Origin: Alphaproteobacteria bacterium
Lineage (GTDB): Bacteria > Pseudomonadota > Alphaproteobacteria > Micavibrionales > SZUA-601
NCBI GenBank assembly: GCA_965246875.1
Contig: CBDFFU010000006.1
Coordinates: forward strand, 133,664 to 197,663
Length of the DNA stretch: 64,000 nt
Reading direction: 5' to 3'
Position 1 is the first letter of the stretch. Each line of letters starts with the position of its first letter. Below are positions 19,712 through 29,892 of this stretch, one piece after another. Made by a program: the position numbers and the translations under genes. Under the pieces are notes generated by a model, which saw only the letters and a program-made list of their open reading frames with translations, was not told the DNA's origin and did no database searches.

Positions 19712-20355
19712 AGATTGCCACGGCTCTGCAACGCTAGCGTCAATGTGCCTTCATCCAGATAATCCAGTTCACCGCCAATCGGGATACCTTGGGCAAGGCG
19801 GGTGATTCTGAGCTCGTGCGGCAGGTTTAAAGCGGCGCATTGATCAGCGATATAATAGGCCGTGGATTGTCCGTCGACCGTTGTCGAGAGGGCCAGAATA
19901 ATTTCACTGACCGGCTGGCCATTGGTCTGGGATTCCGCATGGGTGGCATCCTGCAAGCGGCGCAACAATTGCGGGATGCGTAAATCGTCTGGGCGGATGC
20001 CATCCAAAGCAGACAGCGTACCGCCTAAAATATGGTAGACCCCTTCATAGGCCGCCGTGCGTTCCATGGCCCAGATATCGTCGACATCCTCGACGATGCA
20101 AATGACGGTTTGCAGGCGTTTTGGATCGGTGCAAATTAAACATGGATCATGCAGCGACAAATTGCCACAGATATGACAGGTTTTAATTTGTTCCGAGGCT
20201 GTCAGCATTTGATTAGCTAGCGGCATCAGCAATTGTTCGCGCTTTTTCAACAGATGCAACGCGGCACGGCGCGCCGACCGCGGACCAAAACCCGGTAAGC
20301 GCGACATGGTTTTGATCAACACATCCAACGGATCGTTTGCATCATTGTTTGCCAT
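19708..20355 (-). CDS. recR: Recombination mediator RecR
   Basis: LPGFGPRSARR, CHICGN...CLIC zinc finger, ICIVE, YHILGGTLSALDG, TRLAQGIPIGGELDYLDEGTL. Confidence 0.95.
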   Translation of the reverse strand: MANNDANDPLDVLIKTMSRLPGFGPRSARRAALHLLKKREQLLMPLANQMLTASEQIKTCHICGNLSLHDPCLICTDPKRLQTVICIVEDVDDIWAMERTAAYEGVYHILGGTLSALDGIRPDDLRIPQLLRRLQDATHAESQTNGQPVSEIILALSTTVDGQSTAYYIADQCAALNLPHELRITRLAQGIPIGGELDYLDEGTLTLALQSRGNL

Positions 20356-20356
20356 G

Positions 20357-22843
20357 TTAATACAACCCACCGGTACCAAGGGTTGGGTCAGCATCAACTG
20401 GCAAGCGTTGATCGCCGCCGGCTGACTCACTGTTCGGATTGGAGTTCAACCCCTCATCACCATTGCCGCCGTATAGAACGCTTGGGTCAACGGCGACAGA
20501 GCTATTCCGGAGACCTTGGTTATCCAAGACGAGATCATGTTCGCCTGGTTCCGTTCCCGGCAAAAACGCTTCCCACAAACTGTTTGGGTCAGTTGGGTCG
20601 GCTATCTTGCCGCCATGGTCAATCTTGACCATCAACAACCCTTCGGGAACACGAAATGGAATTGGTGGTACATTTTTCAATGCGTTATCCATGAAATCGC
20701 GCACAATCGGTGCTGCAACAGCGGCTCCCGTTTGACCTTTGCCCAGTGTTTTCGGGTCATCGAATCCGACATTGGCAGCAATGACCAGATCGGGTGTAAA
20801 ACCAACGAACCACGCATCTTTAAAATCATTCGTCGTACCCGTTTTACCGGCAAATGGACGTCCGACGCCTTTGAATGCGGCCTGACCGGTGCCACGTTGG
20901 ACGACACCCTCTAACATTGACACCATTTGATACAGCGTGCGCGGGTCGGCGATCGGTTGGCGTTTGTCGTCGACCATCGGCACAGTTTGCTCTTTCCAGG
21001 GCAGGCGTCCACCGCAATTGTCACAGCTGCGCGGATCGTGCCGGTATAACGTGACGCCATGACGGTCCTGCACACGGTCGATCAAGGTTGGTGTAATGGG
21101 AATGCCACCATTAACAATCATGCCATAGCCGTTCGCCATGCGCAGCAACGTGGTTTCACCACTGCCCAGCGAATAGGAAATATAGGTTGGCAGATTATCG
21201 TAGATGCCAAAACGATGCGCGAAATCGGACACGGTTTTCATGCCGATATAATCCGCCAGACGCACGGTCATCAAATTGCGCGAATGCTCCAGACCGCGCC
21301 GCATAGTGGTCAGCCCATAAAAATCTTTTTCGTAGTTTCCCGGATGCCACATCGCCAGACCCGGCCCCTGGCTCAAGGAAATCGGACCATCTAAAATCAA
21401 GCTGGCCGGGGTAAAACCGGCGTTGAGACCGGCCAGATATACGAACGGTTTGAATGACGATCCCGGCTGGCGCAACGCTTGGCTCGCGCGGTTAAATTCA
21501 CTCATGCTGTAATCATAGCCACCTTGCATTGCGAGAACACGACCGGTGTGCGGATCAAGCACGACAATGGCCCCTTGCACTTTGGGAATTTGTTGCAATA
21601 CCCATTCTGATTTACTGTCTGATTTTTTATCATTGTGATCCAGCAGAATGACATCGCCCTTTTTCAGTTTCTCCGATACAGCTTTGGCACCGGTCCAACT
21701 CATCCCGCTGGCGGTGAGCGTATCGGTCTTACCTGTCGTTAAGCCAACCGTCGCTTTATCAGCAGACACGGAAATAACAACGCCCATCGTCCAGTTTTTA
21801 ATCCCATTCGGTGGTGTGACTGTTTTTAATTGTTCCTGCCAGTTTTCAACGGTGATGTCAGGCAGGTTTTTAATCGCGCCGCGCCAGCCGTGACGGCGGT
21901 CATAGGCGGTTAAGCCTTTGGTCAATGCATTGGCCGCAAATTTTTGATAGGTCGGGTCAAGTGTACTGCGCACCGACAGGCCACCCTGATACAAAGCCGC
22001 CTCGCCATATTTGTCGATGATGAAACGGCGCACATCTTCGTTGAAATAACGCGCATCAACGCCTTCGAGGGCGATATGCGGGTGCAGGGTAATCGGCTCG
22101 GCCTGAGCGGCGTCGCGCTCTTCGCGGGTGATATAACCATCTTCCTGCATACGGCCAATCACCCAATCGCGGCGGATTTTTGCGGCTTCGGGGTGCACAT
22201 CGAGCTGATAATTATTCGGCGCTTTTGGTAATGTGGCCAAATACGCGATTTCACCGATATCCAGTTCGTCGAGTGATTTGTTGAAATAACCGAGGGCTGC
22301 GGCAGCCACCCCATAACGGCCTTTGCCCAGATAAATCTGGTTTAAATAAAGTTCCAGAATTTTGTCTTTGGAAAACGTTTTTTCCATGCGAAACGAAATA
22401 ATCACTTCGCGAATTTTACGTTTGTAGCTGACCTCGTTCGTCAGCAAAAAGTTTTTGGCTACTTGTTGTGTGATGGTCGAGGCACCGACCGGGCGTTTGT
22501 CGCCGTGATTGCGCAGGTTTGTCAAAATAGCGCGGCCAATGCCAAAGGCGTCGATGCCGGGGTGCGTGTAAAAATTGCGGTCTTCGGCAGACAAAAACGC
22601 CTGTTTGACTTTTTTCGGCATGGCGTCGACGGGAACGAACACGCGCTGTTCGGTCGCAAATTCTTCGGTCAGCTGTCCGTCACTGGCATGCACACGGGTG
22701 GAGATCGGTGGTTCGTAATGCGCCAGCACCCGGTAATCGGGCAGGTCGCGCGAAAATTCGTGCACGACATAGAACACAACAGCGAGGCCCAAAAAGAGAC
22801 CAATCGCACCGACAGAGAGGAGACCAAGGAGGAATTTTTTCAT
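20357..22843 (-). CDS. mrcA: Class A penicillin-binding protein 1A
   Basis: N-terminal TM, AEDRNFY, GASTITQQVAKN, RQPGSSFK (SxxK), SRN, GKTGT. Confidence 0.93.
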   Translation of the reverse strand: MKKFLLGLLSVGAIGLFLGLAVVFYVVHEFSRDLPDYRVLAHYEPPISTRVHASDGQLTEEFATEQRVFVPVDAMPKKVKQAFLSAEDRNFYTHPGIDAFGIGRAILTNLRNHGDKRPVGASTITQQVAKNFLLTNEVSYKRKIREVIISFRMEKTFSKDKILELYLNQIYLGKGRYGVAAAALGYFNKSLDELDIGEIAYLATLPKAPNNYQLDVHPEAAKIRRDWVIGRMQEDGYITREERDAAQAEPITLHPHIALEGVDARYFNEDVRRFIIDKYGEAALYQGGLSVRSTLDPTYQKFAANALTKGLTAYDRRHGWRGAIKNLPDITVENWQEQLKTVTPPNGIKNWTMGVVISVSADKATVGLTTGKTDTLTASGMSWTGAKAVSEKLKKGDVILLDHNDKKSDSKSEWVLQQIPKVQGAIVVLDPHTGRVLAMQGGYDYSMSEFNRASQALRQPGSSFKPFVYLAGLNAGFTPASLILDGPISLSQGPGLAMWHPGNYEKDFYGLTTMRRGLEHSRNLMTVRLADYIGMKTVSDFAHRFGIYDNLPTYISYSLGSGETTLLRMANGYGMIVNGGIPITPTLIDRVQDRHGVTLYRHDPRSCDNCGGRLPWKEQTVPMVDDKRQPIADPRTLYQMVSMLEGVVQRGTGQAAFKGVGRPFAGKTGTTNDFKDAWFVGFTPDLVIAANVGFDDPKTLGKGQTGAAVAAPIVRDFMDNALKNVPPIPFRVPEGLLMVKIDHGGKIADPTDPNSLWEAFLPGTEPGEHDLVLDNQGLRNSSVAVDPSVLYGGNGDEGLNSNPNSESAGGDQRLPVDADPTLGTGGLY

Positions 22844-22883
22844 GCCGCAATTTTGCCACAGGGATACCGTGATGGAAAGCGGT

Positions 22884-23579
22884 TTAAGGGTTTAAATCGT
22901 CCAATAATTGCAGCATGACTCTGGCCAGCAACGGGATGGCGATCAAGCCGGCACACAGGGAATAAAGGTAAAACCGCCCGGTTTGCACCAGCTTATACTG
23001 GCCAAGCGGGATGAGACGATCCACTAATTTGGTCTGATACAGCATTTCCAGCAAGCACAGCAGGGCAACGCCGCACAAAACCGGAGCGGCATGCGACCAA
23101 AGGCCGACGGCGAGCAGGATCAGCAACCACAGGCTGGCGTCTGTTTTGGCAAGCGTCAGCGAGGCCGGCGGTGACAGGGAAACCGTTTCTGCAACGGTCT
23201 CGCTGGTCTCGCTTTGCCGACGTTCGGCACGTGCCAGCATGTCGCCAAAAGATCGGGTTGGTAATAGATTAACCGTCGTGTACGGCACAGCACAGACAAA
23301 GGTATCCCAATTGCTGGAGGGCTGACCGGCCACGGCATAGGCTTTGGCCACGACGACTCGGTCAAAGAGCTGGCTGCGGTTAGCACTGTCCATAGCGTGA
23401 ATCGCGTCTGGCATCTGATCAATACGCGGCACGATGGTGTGCCAACGTACACCGCGTCGTCCCAATAATGTGTAGATCATTTGGCTGGGTGCGGGTAACG
23501 GTGCGTGCGTCAGATGGTCATCGGTAACGGGCGTTTGCCAGACCGGATGGTTTTCAATGATCAGCCGCAGAGCTGTCAT
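22884..23579 (-). CDS. Hypothetical membrane protein (C-terminal TM helices)
   Basis: Open frame overlapping the hisS stop (ATGA-type coupling); hydrophobic C-terminal segments. Confidence 0.65.
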   Translation of the reverse strand: MTALRLIIENHPVWQTPVTDDHLTHAPLPAPSQMIYTLLGRRGVRWHTIVPRIDQMPDAIHAMDSANRSQLFDRVVVAKAYAVAGQPSSNWDTFVCAVPYTTVNLLPTRSFGDMLARAERRQSETSETVAETVSLSPPASLTLAKTDASLWLLILLAVGLWSHAAPVLCGVALLCLLEMLYQTKLVDRLIPLGQYKLVQTGRFYLYSLCAGLIAIPLLARVMLQLLDDLNP

Positions 23580-24895
23580 ATAGCCGGCTGCCAGTGTTGT
23601 GGATCAGCAACCATTTGTTCGCCGCTCGTCATATTTTTGACCTGATGTTGCGGCTGGTCGGCGTTGGGCAGGAACCACACATACGGAATTTGTTTTTTAT
23701 CGGCATAGGACATTTGCTTTTGCAGCTTGGTCGCTGAATGATAAACCTCGATATTGAATTTGCGTTGACGCAAGTGTTGCGCCAGGGCGAGGGCGTCGGC
23801 GCGTTGCGCATCGTCGAAAACCGTGATCAAAATATCGGTACGCCCGGCACGAATAGGCTGCACCAGTCTGCGCGCCAGCAAAATACCCAGCAAACGGGTC
23901 ACGCCGATCGAAATGCCGACACCGGGCAGTTTTTTGTTGATATAGCTGCCAGCCAGATCGTCATAACGGCCACCGGCGACAATCGTTCCCATTTCCGGAT
24001 AATCGTTGAATTTGGTCTCATAGACGGTGCCGGTGTAGTAATCGAGGCCGCGCACGATAGACAGATCAGCCATTACGCGATTGCCGACATGGCCTTGTAA
24101 CGAATTCAACACATAGGCCAATTCGGTGAGGCCGTCTTCAAACATTGGGTTGCTGACGCCCAAGGCTTTGGCTTGTGTAATAACATTTATATCATTGCCG
24201 CGAATTTTGGCCAAGGCTAACGATTGCTGCGCCAAAGTCTCGCTTAAGCTTAGTTTTTGTGTCAGTTCAGCCATAACGTTGGCATCACCGATTTTGTCAC
24301 GCTTGTCGAGGATGCGCAGGACGCTGGCGGCCTGATCGGTCAGGCCCAAGCCTTCCATATAGCCCAACAAAATTTTGCGGTTGTTGATGTAAATGGTATA
24401 AGCCGGAAGTTCCAACGCCTGCAAAATTTCATCGATGACAGCCGGAATTTCGGCATCGAAATGCAGCGGCAGATTTTCCGGGTTGATAACGTCGATATCG
24501 CACTGGTAAAATTCACGATAGCGGCCTTCCTGCGGGCGTTCACCGCGCCAGACTTTTTGTATCTGGTAACGCTTGAATGGAAAGCTCAGCTCATTGAAAT
24601 GTTGTGCGGTGTAACGCGCAAACGGCACCGTGTTGTCAAAGCGCAAGGCCAATCGCGCGTCGCTTTTATCTTTTTCGTCGGCCTGCAAACGGTGCAGGGT
24701 GTAAATCTCATTTTCGACTTCGCCCTTGGCCAGCAAGACATCCAAGGCTTCGACCGCCGGGGTCTCGATGCTGCAAAATCCATAGGACTCAAACACGCGG
24801 CGGATGTGGTCCAGCCATTGCAATTCCAAGGCGCGGGTTTCAGGCAACCATTCGGGAAAGCCGCTAATCGGGGTCGGTTTGTAAATTTTGCTCAT
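23576..24895 (-). CDS. hisS: Histidine--tRNA ligase
   Basis: LRFDNTVPFARY, YQIQKVWRGERPQEGRYREFYQCDID, IVRGLDYYTG, GGRYD, GVGISIG. Confidence 0.96.
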   Translation of the reverse strand: MSKIYKPTPISGFPEWLPETRALELQWLDHIRRVFESYGFCSIETPAVEALDVLLAKGEVENEIYTLHRLQADEKDKSDARLALRFDNTVPFARYTAQHFNELSFPFKRYQIQKVWRGERPQEGRYREFYQCDIDVINPENLPLHFDAEIPAVIDEILQALELPAYTIYINNRKILLGYMEGLGLTDQAASVLRILDKRDKIGDANVMAELTQKLSLSETLAQQSLALAKIRGNDINVITQAKALGVSNPMFEDGLTELAYVLNSLQGHVGNRVMADLSIVRGLDYYTGTVYETKFNDYPEMGTIVAGGRYDDLAGSYINKKLPGVGISIGVTRLLGILLARRLVQPIRAGRTDILITVFDDAQRADALALAQHLRQRKFNIEVYHSATKLQKQMSYADKKQIPYVWFLPNADQPQHQVKNMTSGEQMVADPQHWQPAI

Positions 24896-25017
24896 AAATG
24901 CCGGAATCTTGAAATGAACTTAGACTCAAGCCTAGCCGTTTCAGCACCTAAAAAAAAGCGTGTAAATGAAAATATGTCTAACTAAAGTCTGTGCGTCAGG
25001 TGTAGCCACTCCCGATC

Positions 25018-25560
25018 TCATAAACGAAAATGTTCTTTTAGTGTGATATAAGCTGCTGTAATGATCTTAAATCTCTCGGTCGCGCGCGGGTCGTCTGGCC
25101 GGGCGTCAGGATGATATTTCTTGACCAACTGGCGAAATTTCTGTTTTACCGCTGTAAAATCGACATCAAAAGTCAGGCCAAGCGCCTTGAATGCCTCACG
25201 AACCGGGCTTTTTAACGCCTGCTCCTCAGCTTTTTTCTGTTCGGCCTTCAAGTCAAACGCGGCACCCCAAAAATTGGCCGCCCGTTTGATGGTCTGCTCA
25301 AAATTGGGCTTATGGGCCGGCCAGGTGGGCCGTTCACCGATGGCCGCGTCGCGCATATGGGCATAAATCGCGTCTTCTTCGTAATCCTTGAAGTAATCCC
25401 ATTTTTTATTGTATTCACGCACATGATCCAGGCAAAAATGATGATAATCACGCAGATTGTCGCGCGACTTTGGTGCACGGTAGAGGCCGGGCAGGTTGCA
25501 GTCCGGGTCATCGCATAACGTCTTGGATTCGACGGGTGGGGGCTTGAAAAAAGTGCGCAT
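25018..25560 (-). CDS. J-domain (DnaJ-like) protein, alphaproteobacterial type
   Basis: N-terminal C..PDC...G.YRAPKSR...FCLDHVREYN..WDYF; C-terminal J domain with HPD. Confidence 0.88.
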   Translation of the reverse strand: MRTFFKPPPVESKTLCDDPDCNLPGLYRAPKSRDNLRDYHHFCLDHVREYNKKWDYFKDYEEDAIYAHMRDAAIGERPTWPAHKPNFEQTIKRAANFWGAAFDLKAEQKKAEEQALKSPVREAFKALGLTFDVDFTAVKQKFRQLVKKYHPDARPDDPRATERFKIITAAYITLKEHFRL

Positions 25561-25613
25561 CGGCTGAAATATAAAGATCGCGTCGATTTAAACCAGACCA
25601 GCAGGAGCAGACA

Positions 25614-26414
25614 ATGCCATTTAAGGATAAAATTCTGGACGGCAAAGTCGCCCTCGTCACCGGGTCGACCAGCGGCATCGGGCTTGGTATTGCCAAAGCT
25701 CTGGCAGCGCAGGGTGCCTCCATCATGATCAACGGTCTGGGCAAGCCGGAAGACATTGCCAAGGCGCAGCAAGAGATCAAGGATGCCGGCGCGCCACAGA
25801 TTGCATTTCATGGTGCTGATCTGACCAAGGTCGACCAGATTGAAGATCTGGTCAAAACATTAAAGGATACATTTGGCCGTGTGGACATCGTCATCAACAA
25901 TGCCGGTATTCAGCATGTCGCACCGCTCGATGAATTTCCACCCGATATGTGGGAGTTGATCATTCAATTGAATTTGGTCGCGGCGTTCCATGTGTTGCGC
26001 CTGACTATTCCGATGATGAAGCAACAGGGCTGGGGCCGTGTGATCAACATGGGGTCAGCGCATTCGCTGGTCGCCTCGCCATTTAAATCCGCTTACGTCG
26101 CGGCGAAGCATGGTTTGGCCGGTCTTGGGAAAACCCTGGCTTTGGAAGTGGCCGAGAAGAATATTACGGTGAATACGATTTGCCCGGGCTATGTGAAAAC
26201 GCCGTTGGTCGAAGGGCAAATCGCCGATACCGCCAAAGCGCGCGGCATGACGCCGGAGCAAGTGGTCAAAGATGTGATTTTGGCAGCTGAACCAACAAAG
26301 CATTTTACAACCGTCGAGCAAGTGGCCGATTTGACCGTTTTCTTATGCAGCGATGCAGCAGCAAACATCACCGGTTCACTGCAATCGATCGATGGCGGCT
26401 GGACAGCGCAGTAA
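25614..26414 (+). CDS. bdhA: 3-hydroxybutyrate dehydrogenase (SDR)
   Basis: TGSTSGIG, NNAGIQHVAP, SAHSLVASPFKSAYVAAKHG, ICPGYV. Confidence 0.92.
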   Translation: MPFKDKILDGKVALVTGSTSGIGLGIAKALAAQGASIMINGLGKPEDIAKAQQEIKDAGAPQIAFHGADLTKVDQIEDLVKTLKDTFGRVDIVINNAGIQHVAPLDEFPPDMWELIIQLNLVAAFHVLRLTIPMMKQQGWGRVINMGSAHSLVASPFKSAYVAAKHGLAGLGKTLALEVAEKNITVNTICPGYVKTPLVEGQIADTAKARGMTPEQVVKDVILAAEPTKHFTTVEQVADLTVFLCSDAAANITGSLQSIDGGWTAQ

Positions 26415-26421
26415 GCAGAAC

Positions 26422-28779
26422 TTACAAGGTCAGATGATCCGCCATGTAAGCGGTACGTGTAAAGCCGTCTTGCAAGTGACGCATATGCGCTTCCGTCACA
26501 ACCTGATGGATAGCATCCTGTTGCAGATTTTCTGCGATCATGCCCAGGTGTAAACAGCAGGCGGATCGCGCGGCGCCCTTGAGAGAGTGCGCGATGTTTT
26601 TGAGCTTGTTCCAGTCGCGTTCGGTGTAAGCTGTATGCATTTGGTCGATATGGGTTTGCGACATCTGAACAAACATTTTGACCATGTCGATCGCATCATG
26701 ATCAAAGGCACCAAATTGTTGTGCAGCCAAAACCCGATCGAAAACCGGCATGCTGCTGTCGACACCAAAATGTGTCTCATTGACAGGAGGCGGCTTCACA
26801 GATTTGTCAGCAGTTGCATCAGGTGTAATTGCATCAGAACTGGTTTCAGCAATTACGCCCCAGCGGATCAATAATTGCCGTAATTGCCCAACACTGACCG
26901 GCTTTAGCAAGCATTCATCAAACCCATGTTCCAGATAAACCTGTTGATGCACCAATTGCACATCGGCTGTCATGGCGATAACTGGCAGACGGTCAACCGC
27001 GTTTCCGTTATCCAGTTGTTGCTGTTCATGCGCACGGATGGCTTTGACCAGGCCATAGCCATCCATGACCGGCATGTGCAGATCTGTAATAATCACCGTG
27101 TGTTCACCAGCTTGAATTTTATCCAGACCTTGCTGACCATTTTCAACAAAATCGGCGGTCAGATCCAGCTTGGCCAGTTGCCGCTGAATAATGTCACGTA
27201 CCGATTCATTGTCTTCGCAAACCAATAATTTTTGTGGCTTTGCCGACATCGGGCGGACACGTTTCGCGGCACCCTTGACCGCTTCGCCAATACTGAAACG
27301 ACTGGTCGGTTTTTCCAGATATTTTGCGCCCATAAACTTGCACGCCTGCAACAAAGCGTAATCATTTTTGACCGTATATAAAATCAGGCCGATAAATGGA
27401 CGCAGTTCATGCAGTTTTTTCATGACCTGTAGACCGTCCATGCCAGGCAGGCCATAATCAATCAGCGCCACATCGAAAGGTCGTTTTACAGCTAATGCAA
27501 TCGCTTCTGCCGCGCTGTTCACGCTGATGACATCCGCTTTCATGTGTTGTAACGCGACATGGACATCATGCTGGCCATTCGGATTATCGTCGACAGCCAA
27601 TACACTAATCCCCGTCAGATCCGGCAATTCGACAACGGTATGGGCTTCGGTAATCAGTGTTGGAATTTCAAACCAGAATGTTGCGCCCTTATTCAACTGG
27701 CTGGCCACACCGATTTGTCCGCCCATCAATTCAACCATGCGGTGCGCAATCGACAATCCTAATCCTGTGCCGCCGAATTTGCGCGTCGTGCTGTTGTCGG
27801 CTTGTGTAAAAGGCTGAAACAAGCGGCTGGCGGTGTCGTGCGTCATGCCAACGCCGGTGTCGATGATTTCGAAACGCAATGGCACATGCGTGCTGTCCGT
27901 TGTGATATATTTTGCACTTGTCGTGACACGGATGGTGACACCACCCGTTTCGGTGAATTTCAACCCGTTGCTGATGAGATTGGTCAGGATCTGGCGCAGG
28001 CGTTTCGGATCGCAGATCACAATGTCCGGCACAGCATCGCTAAACACGGCATTGAGATACAGCTTATTCTCACGCCGTCTGGCATCCATCGACTCGACCA
28101 AGCCATTCAGCAGCAAGCGGATCGGTACCTCAAACATATCCAATTCCATCTTGCCAGCATCAACTTTGGCCAGATCAAGGATGTCGTCAAGAATACTCAA
28201 TAAGCCATTGGCCGACGCCTGCGCGCCACCCACCATTTCCAGCATGCGCGGAATGGATTCTTCTTCCTTCATGAGTTCCAGCAGGCCAAAAATCGTTTGC
28301 ATCGGCGTGCGAATTTCGTGACTCATAGTCGCCAGAAATGCAGATTTCGCCTGTGCCGCAGCATCCGCCGCCGCCGCTTCACGACGGGCGATGGTTTCCA
28401 GTTCCTTGGTTTCCGTGACATCGGTGAACCAGAAAAAATGTGCGCTTTCACCCATGATGCTGGTTGGCTGGGCGCGGACTTCGACCCACATCGATTTGTC
28501 ATCAGGCAAAGAAATGCGCACGAAAATCGATTTCATGTCATTGGGATCTCTAGCCAATGGCAACAGGGAATGACCGTCTTCATCCGTACAAAAATCACGG
28601 ATCACGCTGACAAAATCAAAATTATCCGGGCTTTTGTGCGCCATGATCTGCAGCATAACCGGGTTGGCGTAAAGCAGCATGGCGTTGTCCAATGCGCCAT
28701 CGCCCGTTTGCAGCACCACCGCAACGCCCAAAGGCGAATCCTGAAAGATCAAACGGAAACTATCGGGTAACGTGCTCAT
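26422..28779 (-). CDS. Unorthodox hybrid sensor kinase (PAS-like, HisKA, HATPase, 2x REC, Hpt)
   Basis: FLATMSHEIRTPM, GGTGLGL, two receiver domains (DYGLPGMDG; TDLHMPVMDG), AHSLKGAAR. Confidence 0.92.
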   Translation of the reverse strand: MSTLPDSFRLIFQDSPLGVAVVLQTGDGALDNAMLLYANPVMLQIMAHKSPDNFDFVSVIRDFCTDEDGHSLLPLARDPNDMKSIFVRISLPDDKSMWVEVRAQPTSIMGESAHFFWFTDVTETKELETIARREAAAADAAAQAKSAFLATMSHEIRTPMQTIFGLLELMKEEESIPRMLEMVGGAQASANGLLSILDDILDLAKVDAGKMELDMFEVPIRLLLNGLVESMDARRRENKLYLNAVFSDAVPDIVICDPKRLRQILTNLISNGLKFTETGGVTIRVTTSAKYITTDSTHVPLRFEIIDTGVGMTHDTASRLFQPFTQADNSTTRKFGGTGLGLSIAHRMVELMGGQIGVASQLNKGATFWFEIPTLITEAHTVVELPDLTGISVLAVDDNPNGQHDVHVALQHMKADVISVNSAAEAIALAVKRPFDVALIDYGLPGMDGLQVMKKLHELRPFIGLILYTVKNDYALLQACKFMGAKYLEKPTSRFSIGEAVKGAAKRVRPMSAKPQKLLVCEDNESVRDIIQRQLAKLDLTADFVENGQQGLDKIQAGEHTVIITDLHMPVMDGYGLVKAIRAHEQQQLDNGNAVDRLPVIAMTADVQLVHQQVYLEHGFDECLLKPVSVGQLRQLLIRWGVIAETSSDAITPDATADKSVKPPPVNETHFGVDSSMPVFDRVLAAQQFGAFDHDAIDMVKMFVQMSQTHIDQMHTAYTERDWNKLKNIAHSLKGAARSACCLHLGMIAENLQQDAIHQVVTEAHMRHLQDGFTRTAYMADHLTL

Positions 28780-28882
28780 CGAGACGACTCATCAGCAAAA
28801 ACAAAACGACGTGATCCATACCACCAGAAAGACTTTAATTTCTCGCCAAGAAACGTTTAAAGCATTGCCTAATTATGCTTAA

Positions 28883-29821
28883 TTAGCGTATCAGGCTGGC
28901 AAACCAAGGAATTGTTTTATCAAGGCCGGCTTCGAGATTGACCATGGGTTGCCAGTTCAAAACTGTCTGCGCGCGGGTAATATCCGGACGGCGTTGTTTT
29001 GGATCATCAGCCGGCAAGGGCTGGTAGATAATTTTTGATGCTGTGTCGATCTTGCCCAGGATTTTCTCAGCCAATTCGCGCATCGTAAATTCAACGGGAT
29101 TGCCCAGATTAACGGGTTGATTGCAATCGTCCGACGCATCCATGCAGGCAATAATGCCGGTGACCAAATCATCCACATAGCAAAAGGAACGCGTTTGGGT
29201 GCCATTGCCATACATGGTGAGATTATCGCCACGTAACGCCTGACAGATAAAATTTGACACGACGCGTCCATCATAGGGGTCCATTTGCGGGCCATAGGTG
29301 TTAAAAATGCGGATCAGTCGGGTGTTAACGCCGCGGGTGCGATTGTAATCCATAACAAGAGTTTCGGCAGCACGCTTGCCTTCATCATAACAGGAGCGAA
29401 TACCGATTGGATTGACCAGACCCCAGTAAGCTTCCGGTTGTGGATGGACTTCCGGATCGCCATATATCTCTGATGTCGAGGCTTGCAGGATTTTAGCGCC
29501 GGTTTTTTCGGCGGCATCCAACACATTCATCGCACCGATGACACTGGTTTTCCACGTATAAATTGGGTCGCGCTGATAATGCGGTGGGGAGGCGGGACAC
29601 GCCATGTTGTAAATTTCGTCACCGACGAAATCAATGGGCTCCAATACCGATCGGTCATGTAACGTGAAATGCGGGTGGTCGATGATGCCAGCCAGATTGC
29701 GGCGATGGCCAGTGTAAAAATTATCGAGCGCGGTAACCTGATGACCCTGATCCAGCAGACAACGGCACAGATGCGACCCCAAAAAGCCGGCACCGCCGGT
29801 GACCAGAATTTTTTTCGCCAT
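28883..29821 (-). CDS. uxs: UDP-glucuronic acid decarboxylase (UDP-xylose synthase)
   Basis: [65 protein letters not shown]. Confidence 0.93.
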   Translation of the reverse strand: MAKKILVTGGAGFLGSHLCRCLLDQGHQVTALDNFYTGHRRNLAGIIDHPHFTLHDRSVLEPIDFVGDEIYNMACPASPPHYQRDPIYTWKTSVIGAMNVLDAAEKTGAKILQASTSEIYGDPEVHPQPEAYWGLVNPIGIRSCYDEGKRAAETLVMDYNRTRGVNTRLIRIFNTYGPQMDPYDGRVVSNFICQALRGDNLTMYGNGTQTRSFCYVDDLVTGIIACMDASDDCNQPVNLGNPVEFTMRELAEKILGKIDTASKIIYQPLPADDPKQRRPDITRAQTVLNWQPMVNLEAGLDKTIPWFASLIR

Positions 29822-29868
29822 ATCATCAACCCTTTTGCCGTTCTCTTACAAGGTTAACGGGCCAGGGG

Positions 29869-29883
29869 TTAAAGACGCTTTAA
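29869..29883 (-). promoter_or_regulatory. Perfect CtrA box upstream of uxs
   Basis: Minus strand reads TTAA-AGCGTCT-TTAAC; extra TTAAC half-site near 29854. Confidence 0.65.
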
Positions 29884-29892
29884 GCCGTGTGT

